A stretch of DNA of 29,868 nt, taken from positions 1 to 29,868 of IMG/VR virus record IMGVR_UViG_3300045988_021149. The stretch is one strand, 5' to 3'. The translations under genes and the position numbers were made by a program. Shown here piece by piece: positions 8,589-18,163 of the stretch (within the stretch, counting starts at the first letter, position 1; each line of letters begins with the position of its first letter). The DNA comes from a virus. Under the pieces are notes generated by a model. The model ran no database searches and was not told where the DNA came from. It was given only the letters and a program-made list of their open reading frames with translations.

Positions 8589-9994
8589 TGTCTAACTGCA
8601 ACATTAACAAAATTATTAGTGACAAATTAAGTGTCTCTAAATTAACTAAAACTCAAGAAATTGATATTACTATCATGAGTGATATTGATTCTTGTTTAAA
8701 AATCAATACTCGTAAATTTGAAAAGATTACAGGTACTGCTAGTGCTTATACATCACGTACTATTGCACCTGATTTAATCAACGTTTGCGAATCATTTGGA
8801 TGTAAGAATACAGGTACATTGTTCATTACTTCTAAAGAAACAGATGCAAAAGCTGGAGAAGGGAACAAAGTACACACAAGCGGTGCGGTATTTAAAGCGT
8901 TGAAAAATGCATTAGACTTTGCGGCAGGTGTTGTTTACTACTACGTGAATGTTCCTCAAGCAGGTACTTACACAATCACAACAAAGATTTCAGATGTTTT
9001 AGATCATGAAATGACAAATGCAGATGAGTATACAAGCACTTTAAAAGCAGATAAAGAAGGATTCTACCCTGTACAGATTGACTTATCAACAGTTCCTACA
9101 AATGTAGTAGGAGAAGGATGGAAAGCAAGTACATCAGGTGTCCGTTTAAGCATTGAAGTAGCGTTAACAGACAAATCAACAAATAGTATCTTGATTGGTC
9201 TTTCTTCAATCAGTTTCTTTGAAGAATTTGCAGACTTAGATTCTAACAACGACATTAAAGTAAGTTGCTTATCAGGATTTGATGGTGACGATACTGTAGA
9301 CCCTGTAGATACAAGTTGCTTTGATGATTCTTATGATGATGATTCTGCTTCTATTGAGCGTTCATTTACAGGCACTCAATTAACATCAAACTACTTAACT
9401 ATGAACCCATTTATCGGCAAGGGAGATAAGTCTCAAGGCTTTATGATGCGTACTCAGGAAGTGGTTATTGAAGAAGATAAAGAACATTCTGAATATGGTT
9501 CAATCCATATTGCAGACCACTTTGTTGAAGAATGTGGATTTATCTATGCAGCATTGAGCGACCAATGTAATATCACAGATTCTACATTGAACCGAATTAA
9601 CACTCCATTGTTGGCTAATTTAGATGAGTCTCAATACCAAGTATTGAACAGTAAAATCAATCCAAGCTTAGATATTGAGGGTTCAAAAATTTACTTCAAC
9701 AAAAATTTAGTAGGTAAAACATTAAAGATTTCTTATCCAATGACTGTTGATGTATTGCAACACTATGTAGCAAACAACGATAGCTTAAAGAATAAGAGAG
9801 CAAAAGTTACAATCACTCGTTATAGAAGTGATGGAACTGCGGAAGTATTTACTTACCACAATGCAAAAATCACTTCATTCCCAATGGGTATCCCTGATGA
9901 CGGAGCGTTTGAATTTAGTTTAGCGTTCAAGAAAGATACTCGTGGAAACTGGTATGAAGTTTATGTAGTAAACAAAGCTAACGCTAATTTATAG
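8588..9994 (+). CDS. Major tail protein candidate (468 aa)
   Basis: It is the last large ORF before the chaperone pair and tape measure. No sheath/tube pair is present, so a siphovirus-type tail is inferred. No motif recognised. Confidence 0.5.
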   Translation: MSNCNINKIISDKLSVSKLTKTQEIDITIMSDIDSCLKINTRKFEKITGTASAYTSRTIAPDLINVCESFGCKNTGTLFITSKETDAKAGEGNKVHTSGAVFKALKNALDFAAGVVYYYVNVPQAGTYTITTKISDVLDHEMTNADEYTSTLKADKEGFYPVQIDLSTVPTNVVGEGWKASTSGVRLSIEVALTDKSTNSILIGLSSISFFEEFADLDSNNDIKVSCLSGFDGDDTVDPVDTSCFDDSYDDDSASIERSFTGTQLTSNYLTMNPFIGKGDKSQGFMMRTQEVVIEEDKEHSEYGSIHIADHFVEECGFIYAALSDQCNITDSTLNRINTPLLANLDESQYQVLNSKINPSLDIEGSKIYFNKNLVGKTLKISYPMTVDVLQHYVANNDSLKNKRAKVTITRYRSDGTAEVFTYHNAKITSFPMGIPDDGAFEFSLAFKKDTRGNWYEVYVVNKANANL

Positions 9995-10013
9995 AAATTG
10001 AGAGGCAAATGAG

Positions 10014-10724
10014 ATGGAAGAACAAAAGATTTTAGAACCAACACAGTTAAATGCCATGATTGAAAAGTTAAAAGTAGCTCGTGAGGATGATACTCCTCAC
10101 GCAGTCTATGGCAATGGTGGTGAAATTGCAGTTGTTGGTGATGCAAATAAGACAGATGTTAAAACAATTGATATTGAAGTGAGTTTTAGATTCACTGAAA
10201 AAGAAATCGAAGAACATAAAATTGATGTTCCTAATAACGCTAAAAGGGTAGGGCAATATGTTATGTTCGATAAGAAGTTTGAAAATCTAACATTATCTCC
10301 TAGACAAGATATGAAGATGGTAGAAGCTTTAATCGAAGTAAAACCATTGCTATTGGATGCAGAACAAATCCTAGACCCATATAAAGAAAAATTCCAAGAA
10401 ATCGAGGAATACTATGGTCACAAATTCATTGAAGGAAAAGATGGAATCGTTACAACAGACACAGATGATGAAGAAGTGAGCAAAACTATGGTTCAGATTT
10501 ATGAAGCGTATATGAATGAAGCAAACGAACAGATTTTCCATTTATACGCTCAATCCTCTACAAATTTAGTTGATGGACTTTATAAAGTTGTTGCAATTTT
10601 CTTAGGATTAGATGAATTTTATGAAGATCACATGATGCAATATTCAGTTTTAACTTGCATGATTAGCCTAATTATCAAATATCCTGAATTATTTAATGAG
10701 GTAGAAACAGTTTTTATCAAATAA
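10014..10724 (+). CDS. Tail assembly chaperone (G-like)
   Basis: Acidic 236-aa ORF directly upstream of the tape measure. Its last 25 nt overlap an open -1 frame that runs to 11044. Confidence 0.6.
   Translation: MEEQKILEPTQLNAMIEKLKVAREDDTPHAVYGNGGEIAVVGDANKTDVKTIDIEVSFRFTEKEIEEHKIDVPNNAKRVGQYVMFDKKFENLTLSPRQDMKMVEALIEVKPLLLDAEQILDPYKEKFQEIEEYYGHKFIEGKDGIVTTDTDDEEVSKTMVQIYEAYMNEANEQIFHLYAQSSTNLVDGLYKVVAIFLGLDEFYEDHMMQYSVLTCMISLIIKYPELFNEVETVFIK
10710..10716 (+). other. Candidate -1 ribosomal slippage site (GTTTTTA, a U5 run)
   Basis: Zero-frame codons are GTT TTT ATC AAA TAA. tRNA-Phe can re-pair on TTT one base back, after which the -1 frame reads F-Y-Q-I-I-D-K-G… It is not a canonical X XXY YYZ heptamer. 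Confidence 0.4.
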
Positions 10725-11044
10725 TTGATAAGGGGGATGATAAAAAGGATTCAGTAAAAAAAGCAAAGTCTTATGTTGCAGAACTAAATCTTTATTCAAC
10801 CATGGCTCATTATGTCGGTAAAATTCTAAAAATACGCCCCAATGAGATATTAGACCATTGGGGTGTTTCTGAATTAGTTGTAGCCTTTGGGTACTACGCA
10901 AATCTACAAAGCGATAAAACATGGAATGAAATTAACGAGGCAAATAAAAATTCTAAAAAGAAAATACCTCAGATTGACAGATATGCGGTTCATTTCATGC
11001 AGAAAACAGATTTAGCGAAGGAGTCCGAAGATGTCAGTACGTGA
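10712..11044 (+). CDS. T-like extension of the tail chaperone (G-T fusion via -1 frameshift). The ORF-track entry 10802-11044 is its distal part.
   Basis: The -1 frame is open from 10700 to TGA at 11042-11044. ATG 10802 has no SD upstream (aaatctttattcaacc). The end overlaps the tape measure start. This is the classical conserved G/GT arrangement in long-tailed phages. Confidence 0.5.
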   Translation, partial: FYQIIDKGDDKKDSVKKAKSYVAELNLYSTMAHYVGKILKIRPNEILDHWGVSELVVAFGYYANLQSDKTWNEINEANKNSKKKIPQIDRYAVHFMQKTDLAKESEDVST

Positions 11045-14000
11045 AGTCGGTGCTAGGTTAGTCCTTGACATTAAGGATGCCGAAGCAAGAATAAAACAAC
11101 TTGAAAAAGAGTTAAAAGAAATTGAAAAGGTAAAACTCAAATTTGATGCTAACACCCAAGAATTAGAAAGAATTAAGGCAAGATTAGAAGAAATCAAAAA
11201 AGAAAAGGAAGCTTTGGAAAGACAAAAACTTTCTTTAAAAGTAGATTTAGATAATCTAGCTAATTTCAAGAATCAATTATTGGATATTAAAGATGATATT
11301 AGTGAGCTTAAAAAAGAGTTATTAGCCTTGAACAATAAAAAGCTTTCTATTGATATTGATTTAAAAGCAAATGCTAATGAAATTCATGATGTCATTAACG
11401 ACATGACACTAGGTGAAAACGATAAAAGCGACAAGCTTAAAGACCTATACAGTGCACGTGAAGCTCTCAAATATGATATGCGAGAGGTTGGCATTGAAAT
11501 TGATGAAGTACAAAAGAAAATTAACAATCTTAACAAAGAGAAGATAAAGATTGAAGCTAACATCAGTGAATTAAATGATGCTCAAAAATTGGTTGATGAG
11601 ATTGATGATTCAATCGCAGATTTAGATAAAGAAAAAATAAAATTAGAAGCTGATTCTTCTAAGTTAGAAGATACAAATAAAAAGCTAGATGAAACAATCA
11701 AAAAAGAGAATGATGTAAGAAACACAAAGGCTGATATTGAGTCACAAGTTATCGGCTATCAAGATAGTTTGAATAAACTAAACAATCTTCAACAAGCTGC
11801 TAAAGCTTTGAAAACTGCTAGTAAGGTTACATTTGATGTCGGAAATAAAATGTCAAATCTAGGCTCTAGCATGTTGAACATTGCTAAGAATTTCCAAAAC
11901 AATCCAATAGGAGATATTGGACGATTCTTAGTACAAGGTGTTGGATATTCTAGTTTGTATAGATTGGTTTCAGGTGCACAAAACGCAATGGGCGAAGCAT
12001 TTTCAAACGGCGTTAAAAGATACGATACAATCAAAGTTGCGAAAAGAACATTGTCCACTGTAGTAGGTGATGTAGACGATTCTACAACGAAAATCCAAAA
12101 GATGATTGATAACCTAGATGAAAGCATTTTGGGTCTACCAACCACTTTAGATGACGCTCTAAGCCATGTTACGAGATTTACTTCAATCAATCACGATTTA
12201 GATAGGTCTCAAAAGCTATTCTCGGCAATTAATGATTCCATTTTGACATTCGGTGGTGATTCTGAGGGGGTAAACAATGCGGTTACTCAGTATTCTCAAA
12301 TCATGGGTTCTAAAATGGATGCTCGTACATTGAGATCAATGGAAGATGCAGGTATGACACCAGCCTTAACTGCTATTGCAAAGAAATTTAATATGTCATT
12401 TGCAGAGTTTAGAGAAGCATTTACAGGTTCAAATCCAACTATTTCATTACAACAATTTGAAGATGCTCTGATTGAATTGGATGAAAAAGGTGGTGGTGGC
12501 CTAAATTCGTTGGCAACTATGGTTAAATCATCTGTAGCCACAATCTCAAACGGTCTTGACTTAATCCCTAAGAGATTTAGTAAAGCCGAAGAAAAGTGGT
12601 TAGGTGCATTAGATGAGGTTTCAACGGAATTAACAGGAGCTACAATTTACGGAAATATCTATAAACTTTCTCAAAAAGTTGAAGGCTTAGGAGATATAGG
12701 AGCAAACTTCATTAGAAGCCATAAAAAAGAAATTGGCGAAGGCATAGACTTCATTAAAACGAAGTTCTCTGAATTATTGAGCGTTTTAAAAACGTTTAGT
12801 TTCAAAGATTTTGTTGGTGGATTTAAACAAGGATTAGATGATTTCAAAGGAGCAATTGATTTCTTCAAGCCTCTTGTTAGCGGTCTATATAATTTTGCAA
12901 AAGATAAAATCACCGAAATGGGAGACGGAAGCTTTTCTAAAGGATTAGGACGTTTCGTATCAGACTACATCCAAATTGGTATTGGATTAAAGTATGCTGG
13001 TAAGTTAATGAAACTTGGAAGCGGTGGAATTAGCCTTTTAGGAGATTTAGTAAACATTTCTTCAAAATTCAAAGGAAAAAGTTTCAATATTCCATTCCTA
13101 GGAAAATTAGGAAGTAAATTTAGTTCTATTAAAAATGTATTCAAAAGTTCAGATGAGATTACTACTGCGGTAGGCACTCCAAAAACTTTTGATGTAGAAG
13201 GATTTAAAAATAAATTATCTTCATTAGCTATCATAGCTGGTGGGGCAGGAACAATTATTCTTTATTGCAAAGCGATAAAGGAAATTGAAAAGAATGTTCC
13301 AAATGACATTACAACATTGCCTATGCGATTAACAAATTTGTTCTCTGTAATGGGATTGATGATGGGAGCTAACACACTTAATGCAGCAGTTTCAAAAGTA
13401 TTAGAGATGAACAATGCCTTAACAGGATTGGCAATGATGATTGGTCAAGGCGGAGCTTTATGGCTATTTGCAAAAGCTATGCAAGAGCTAGATAAAACTA
13501 TGCCTGATGGATTCGACACATTCAACGATAAGTTATTAGGCTTATTTGAGTGCATTGGCTCTATGACACTTATTACAGGTATTCAAGGTGGTGCTGGTGT
13601 CCTAACGGGTGGAATCACTACATTGGCCCAAGTACTAGGAATGATAACAACAACAGGACTAGCTGGTACATTGATTGCTTGTGCTAAAGCTATGCAAGAA
13701 GTTGATAAAAACGTTCCTTCAAACACAAAAGGACTTAAAAAGAAAATCCAAGGAATTATGGATGTCATAGATATGTTTGAAGGTGAAGGAACACTTTCTT
13801 CTTGGTGGAGTCAAGTTATTAAAAGTTCTGAGTCTTTATGGAAGGACATGGAGACTTGGAATATTACTAGCATTCTAGAGAAACTTGTTACTATTGGAGA
13901 ATCAATTTCAAAAGTGCAAGGAATGAGTATTGATAGTAGTTCTTTCAACGATCAATTTGAAGAAATTCAAGAGGTTGTTAAGAATATTAATGATTTTAAG

Positions 14001-15614
14001 TTCCCAACAGTTAGCACATCAAGTGCAACAAATATTGCAGATGCAAACAGTATCGTTGAGAACTATACAACAATGGCTTCTAGCCTATCTGAATTATCTA
14101 GCATTAATGCTAGTTCGATAAATGTTGATAATTGTGTAAGCAATTTAAAGAATGTAGCTAGTGTTGTTCAAGAAATGAAGAAGATTGTATTCCCTGATGT
14201 TACAAAGAATATTAAATCTAATTTGAATGCTACAAATGCTCAAAATTTACTAGATACATTGAAGATTTTGGAACAGATTGTTCCTGAATTTGGAAACTTG
14301 CAAGCAGTAATGACAAGCAATCCTTTACCAAAGGCAGAGGATATTAAAAAGACAATTGAGAGTATTTCTCAAGCAATTGGATATATTTCTGTAGCTGGTG
14401 TTGGAACAGGAAAAGACAAGAATATGTTGTCTTATAACTTGAAACAAATACCTGATGCCGAGTTATTTAATAACGCACTAACGGCAATTACTACTTTAGG
14501 CAATATAATCCTTCAATTTGGTACTTTGAATGTTTATTCTGATGGATTTGATTTTGAATCATTACGATCAAACATCAAGCAAATTGGAGATGTAATCAAT
14601 GATTTAGCAACCAACAAAGGATTGACAAAAAACACCAAAAATATTGGCAGTGTTGATACGACAGTTACTAAGTTAAAAACGATTTGTGATAACTTAAATT
14701 CTATCGTTGGATTAAATCTAGATTTTGTTAAGGTTGGAGAAGTCACAACAGGCATTCAGACATTCCTAAACAATGTTAAAGGATTGAAAGTTGGAGAAGC
14801 TACTACAGATGTTGTTACAGAAGTAAACTCAATCGTTACTTCCTTCCACAATATGGCAACAACTTTATCAAACATGAAGTCTGAATTTAATACCTCTGGT
14901 ACAGATATGGCAAATGGAATTATTGAAGGTTTCAAAAGTATTGATATTGAAGGTTCATTTGGAACTAAGATTGATAATGCTAAAGCTTCATTGAAGAAGA
15001 AAAGCTTTAAATCCGTAGGTAAGAAGTTTGGAAAAGATGTTGTAAGTGGATTCAGTGAAGGTATCTCTAATATGTCTAGTTCAATCTCTAATCAGATTAC
15101 TATGATGTATGGATATTCAACACGATTCTCAGATTTAGGACAATACTTAGGAAGTGCATTTAAAAATGCGTTCAACAATCAATCAGGAAGCATTAATACA
15201 GGCGGTACAACCACTCCTACAGTAAACAGAGGTAACGAATCAATAGGAAACAATATGAAGTTTGCTAAAGGTGGCCCAGTTTACTTGAAAAAAGGCGGAC
15301 AACCTGTCGTTATGAAGCCTAGTGGAACAGATACAGTGCCTGCTATGTTGACTCCTGGTGAGTATGTAATGAAACGTAGTGCAGTTAAGAACGCAGGTCA
15401 AAGCTTCATGGATAAAGTAAACAACATGGATTTAAAAGGTGCGTTCAAAGAATTGTCTACTAGATATGGTTCTCAAGTTGGAAGTGTTGTTAATAAGAAT
15501 GTGACTATCAATAATAACGATAATCGTGTTACGAACAACAGTATCGCTTTCAACGAAGGAAACGAAAGAAGGCAGGCTATCAAAGTAGGTAGATGCTTGA
15601 GAGGTTTGGCATAA
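11031..15614 (+). CDS. tmp: Tail tape measure protein (1527 aa)
   Basis: ATG 7 nt after AAGGAG. N-terminal 250-aa coiled coil, central Gly/hydrophobic segments and three ~69-aa internal repeats. The C-terminal motif TDTVPAMLTPGEYVMKRSA is typical of Gram-positive phage TMPs. Its length implies a tail of roughly 230 nm if about 0.15 nm per residue holds. Confidence 0.9.
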   Translation: MSVREVGARLVLDIKDAEARIKQLEKELKEIEKVKLKFDANTQELERIKARLEEIKKEKEALERQKLSLKVDLDNLANFKNQLLDIKDDISELKKELLALNNKKLSIDIDLKANANEIHDVINDMTLGENDKSDKLKDLYSAREALKYDMREVGIEIDEVQKKINNLNKEKIKIEANISELNDAQKLVDEIDDSIADLDKEKIKLEADSSKLEDTNKKLDETIKKENDVRNTKADIESQVIGYQDSLNKLNNLQQAAKALKTASKVTFDVGNKMSNLGSSMLNIAKNFQNNPIGDIGRFLVQGVGYSSLYRLVSGAQNAMGEAFSNGVKRYDTIKVAKRTLSTVVGDVDDSTTKIQKMIDNLDESILGLPTTLDDALSHVTRFTSINHDLDRSQKLFSAINDSILTFGGDSEGVNNAVTQYSQIMGSKMDARTLRSMEDAGMTPALTAIAKKFNMSFAEFREAFTGSNPTISLQQFEDALIELDEKGGGGLNSLATMVKSSVATISNGLDLIPKRFSKAEEKWLGALDEVSTELTGATIYGNIYKLSQKVEGLGDIGANFIRSHKKEIGEGIDFIKTKFSELLSVLKTFSFKDFVGGFKQGLDDFKGAIDFFKPLVSGLYNFAKDKITEMGDGSFSKGLGRFVSDYIQIGIGLKYAGKLMKLGSGGISLLGDLVNISSKFKGKSFNIPFLGKLGSKFSSIKNVFKSSDEITTAVGTPKTFDVEGFKNKLSSLAIIAGGAGTIILYCKAIKEIEKNVPNDITTLPMRLTNLFSVMGLMMGANTLNAAVSKVLEMNNALTGLAMMIGQGGALWLFAKAMQELDKTMPDGFDTFNDKLLGLFECIGSMTLITGIQGGAGVLTGGITTLAQVLGMITTTGLAGTLIACAKAMQEVDKNVPSNTKGLKKKIQGIMDVIDMFEGEGTLSSWWSQVIKSSESLWKDMETWNITSILEKLVTIGESISKVQGMSIDSSSFNDQFEEIQEVVKNINDFKFPTVSTSSATNIADANSIVENYTTMASSLSELSSINASSINVDNCVSNLKNVASVVQEMKKIVFPDVTKNIKSNLNATNAQNLLDTLKILEQIVPEFGNLQAVMTSNPLPKAEDIKKTIESISQAIGYISVAGVGTGKDKNMLSYNLKQIPDAELFNNALTAITTLGNIILQFGTLNVYSDGFDFESLRSNIKQIGDVINDLATNKGLTKNTKNIGSVDTTVTKLKTICDNLNSIVGLNLDFVKVGEVTTGIQTFLNNVKGLKVGEATTDVVTEVNSIVTSFHNMATTLSNMKSEFNTSGTDMANGIIEGFKSIDIEGSFGTKIDNAKASLKKKSFKSVGKKFGKDVVSGFSEGISNMSSSISNQITMMYGYSTRFSDLGQYLGSAFKNAFNNQSGSINTGGTTTPTVNRGNESIGNNMKFAKGGPVYLKKGGQPVVMKPSGTDTVPAMLTPGEYVMKRSAVKNAGQSFMDKVNNMDLKGAFKELSTRYGSQVGSVVNKNVTINNNDNRVTNNSIAFNEGNERRQAIKVGRCLRGLA

Positions 15615-16690
15615 TGACTTGTTATAACTTAAACCCATTAAAAACATACGTTCAGTTTAATGATCTTGTAATAGACAGTGCGGAGGAGATTTCCTCTGCC
15701 TCTCTAAAGCAAGATACAAAGACTGCAACGCAAGAATATAGTTACGGACATGGTAGTTATGTTGCTTTCCAAAAGAATCAACAGTTTCTTACGGAAGGTG
15801 ATTTGTCCTTAACATTGAATTTTAATTATGAACATTTTCATGATGAAGATAGAAGATTCCTACGTGACTATTTCAATTTGAATTTGCTTAAACCTGGAAG
15901 GTTATGGGCGATTCAAGATAACAAATTGATTTGGGCATGGGCCTATGTCACAGGATTTAGTGAAGATTACAAAAAATACCAAGGTTATCTATCAATGGAT
16001 ATTGATTTTAAACTTTGGGAAGGTGTATGGCATATTGCAGATACAAAGAAAACATTCTTAGTTCCTTACTCTGTATGTAATATCCTTGATTGTGAGGATT
16101 TCAGAGATGCTCAAGAGTGCTTATCGTGTTGTGTTACTTGCCCCCCTGATATGGAAACTTGCAATTCGTGTTTATGCGATTGTGGAGACATTACAGAGGA
16201 AACATCTTTATGCGTAATGGGAACTAAAGCATTGGAAGATTTTATGAATTGTGGCAATTCATACAAGATTGTCTATGATTGCATCAAAGGCGAACAAATT
16301 TTCGGTGATGATTTGATTAAGAACAAAATCTGTAAAAAAGATTATTGTGTTGAGTCAATTGCTGGAAGATTCTACAGTGGAACAGTATTAGATACCGATA
16401 AGGTCAAATTGATTCTAGATGGTAAATTCCAAAACCCTGAAATTGAAATCAACGGAAACAAAATGATGATTTTAGGTGAATATGATGGAATTTTAACACT
16501 TGATTCAAGTTGGAACTTATACTTTACTGCGGATGGATGTTGTGCATCAGAGGAAGTAGATTTAGATAATCTAGTGATCGAAGATGAATTTGGGTTCACA
16601 GTACATCATGGAATGAATAGATTAGTGGTCACAGGCTCATGTTGTAAGATGGCTTGTGTATATATAGATGTTGATGAACTTACAAATTAA
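15614..16690 (+). CDS. Distal tail protein (Dit)-like, with a very Cys-rich insertion
   Basis: First gene after the TMP. I prefer the TAATG-coupled start at 15614 (MTCYNLNPL…) to the track start at 15593. 21 Cys in 358 aa, including ECLSCCVTCPPDMETCNSCLCDCGD, DGCCASE and GSCCKMACVY. Confidence 0.5.
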   Translation: MTCYNLNPLKTYVQFNDLVIDSAEEISSASLKQDTKTATQEYSYGHGSYVAFQKNQQFLTEGDLSLTLNFNYEHFHDEDRRFLRDYFNLNLLKPGRLWAIQDNKLIWAWAYVTGFSEDYKKYQGYLSMDIDFKLWEGVWHIADTKKTFLVPYSVCNILDCEDFRDAQECLSCCVTCPPDMETCNSCLCDCGDITEETSLCVMGTKALEDFMNCGNSYKIVYDCIKGEQIFGDDLIKNKICKKDYCVESIAGRFYSGTVLDTDKVKLILDGKFQNPEIEINGNKMMILGEYDGILTLDSSWNLYFTADGCCASEEVDLDNLVIEDEFGFTVHHGMNRLVVTGSCCKMACVYIDVDELTN

Positions 16691-16701
16691 GGAGGCTTGC
16701 A

Positions 16702-17547
16702 GTGGCGAATGTAAAAAGTTATTGCACTGCTTGTGGAAAGTTAAAAGATAGCAGTGCAGAGTTTATCCAAAATGGTGTTACAGATTCAATCTGTACGTCT
16801 TTAGGAAACGATACAGGCTTAAATCCTGATCATGGCAATAATACGTGTACAGACATGGAAAATGCCAATGATTGTCTTACAAAAGGCTTGTATGACATCA
16901 TAGATGGATTTGATTTGTGTGATTGGAAATTATTCATGAGTCAATATGCCAACAATGATTACAACATGAAAGCAGCTATGATTTGTTGGATGTGTGGATT
17001 GCAAGACCAGTTGTATAATCTTCAACTTCAAAATTTGGCAATCGAAACGCAATATACTATTGAACAGTCTACACCTGGATTGAGCGTTGAAATTGACAGA
17101 CAAGGTAATTTCACATTCAGATATTCAGATTGGATTCACACTAGTGATTACGAGAAAGTGGCGGACGGAGTTATTACAGGAAAAGTAGATTTCTGTATGA
17201 AGCCTAACAAAGATAAGAGTGCTACATACAAATTCAACAGTGTTACATTGAAACACTACTCTTATAAAATGACAGGAGTTCAAGCTGGTTCAGCTCCTAC
17301 TGTTTCGATTCGTGTTCCTAATAAGAGTGGGTCGTTGGTTTATTCAAAAGCAACAAACGCTTCATTTGAAGAAGATATTAACAAAACAGTGGAATTAAGC
17401 ATGAGTGGAACAGTAAAAGCTGGAGAAACAACGAATTGGTTGCAGTTCCTTTCTATTTATGTTGATTGGATAGAAGATGATGAAATATCTCTACACACTC
17501 GTTTTGTAAATGATAACAAGGTAAACTTCGTTATCTGTAGAGATTAG
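16702..17547 (+). CDS. Tail-tip protein A with an 8-Cys N-terminal domain (281 aa)
   Basis: GTG start 6 nt after AAGGAGG. The N-terminal ~105 aa are paralogous to the next gene: CxxC…FIQxGVTDxIC…NxCTDM…NDCL…D.CD.K…MICxxCG. Confidence 0.5.
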   Translation: MANVKSYCTACGKLKDSSAEFIQNGVTDSICTSLGNDTGLNPDHGNNTCTDMENANDCLTKGLYDIIDGFDLCDWKLFMSQYANNDYNMKAAMICWMCGLQDQLYNLQLQNLAIETQYTIEQSTPGLSVEIDRQGNFTFRYSDWIHTSDYEKVADGVITGKVDFCMKPNKDKSATYKFNSVTLKHYSYKMTGVQAGSAPTVSIRVPNKSGSLVYSKATNASFEEDINKTVELSMSGTVKAGETTNWLQFLSIYVDWIEDDEISLHTRFVNDNKVNFVICRD

Positions 17548-17560
17548 GAGGTACACATAA

Positions 17561-18163
17561 ATGAATAAAGATGTTTGTTCTACTTGCGATTCTTTGAAAG
17601 CTACAAGCAGTAATTTCATTCAAAAAGGTGTAACAGATGCTATTTGTGCAAATCTTAAAGCAAATCAAGGGTTTGAAAATAAGGGCCATAAAAACTGTAC
17701 AGATATGCACGATATGAACGATTGCTTATTAGGTGGGTTGTTAGAAAAGATTGATACATATGATGTTTGTGATGTAAAAGAAGCTATCAAAGATTTGGAA
17801 AAGAATTTAATCAGTATCATGGATGTAATGATTTGTTCTGATTGTGGACAATGGGAAGAAATCGAAAAGCTATGGGCAGAAATCCAAAAGATTTGGAATG
17901 CTATCAGAGATTTACAAAATAAGGTCGGAAAATTTGAAGGCAGCATTGGAGATATGTACAGTGCGGTTGAAAAGATTCTTACAAATCTTAAAAACAGTGG
18001 AGCATGGAAACAAACAGGAGATACTGTATTTGAAGGAAAATTCAATGACGGAAGAAGCATTGCTACAGGTAATATAAATATCTTTGGTGGTACTCCTGAT
18101 GGAAATTCATACATCCGTACTAATAATGGAAGTTCTGAGAATGATTTGGCTGGTGGTGTTTAA
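17561..18163 (+). CDS. Tail-tip protein B, paralogue sharing the 8-Cys N-terminal domain (200 aa)
   Basis: ATG after TAGGAGGT. The N-terminus aligns with the upstream gene with all 8 Cys conserved. The C-terminal region is divergent, with coiled-coil-like EEIEKLWAEIQKIWNAIRDLQNKV. Confidence 0.5.
   Translation: MNKDVCSTCDSLKATSSNFIQKGVTDAICANLKANQGFENKGHKNCTDMHDMNDCLLGGLLEKIDTYDVCDVKEAIKDLEKNLISIMDVMICSDCGQWEEIEKLWAEIQKIWNAIRDLQNKVGKFEGSIGDMYSAVEKILTNLKNSGAWKQTGDTVFEGKFNDGRSIATGNINIFGGTPDGNSYIRTNNGSSENDLAGGV

Noticed and set aside
11789-15647. Multiple 60-130-aa minus-strand and off-frame ORFs inside the tape measure gene (for example 11789-12190 and 13930-14121)
   Set aside because: All are embedded in a 4.6-kb continuous ORF with clear TMP features. 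None has an SD or a recognisable motif.
17665-18114. 149-aa minus-strand ORF and the 77-aa plus-strand alternative-frame ORF (17844-18077) inside gene 17561-18163
   Set aside because: No ribosome-binding sites, and composition typical of off-frame translation of an AT-rich gene. The annotated frame has paralogue support.
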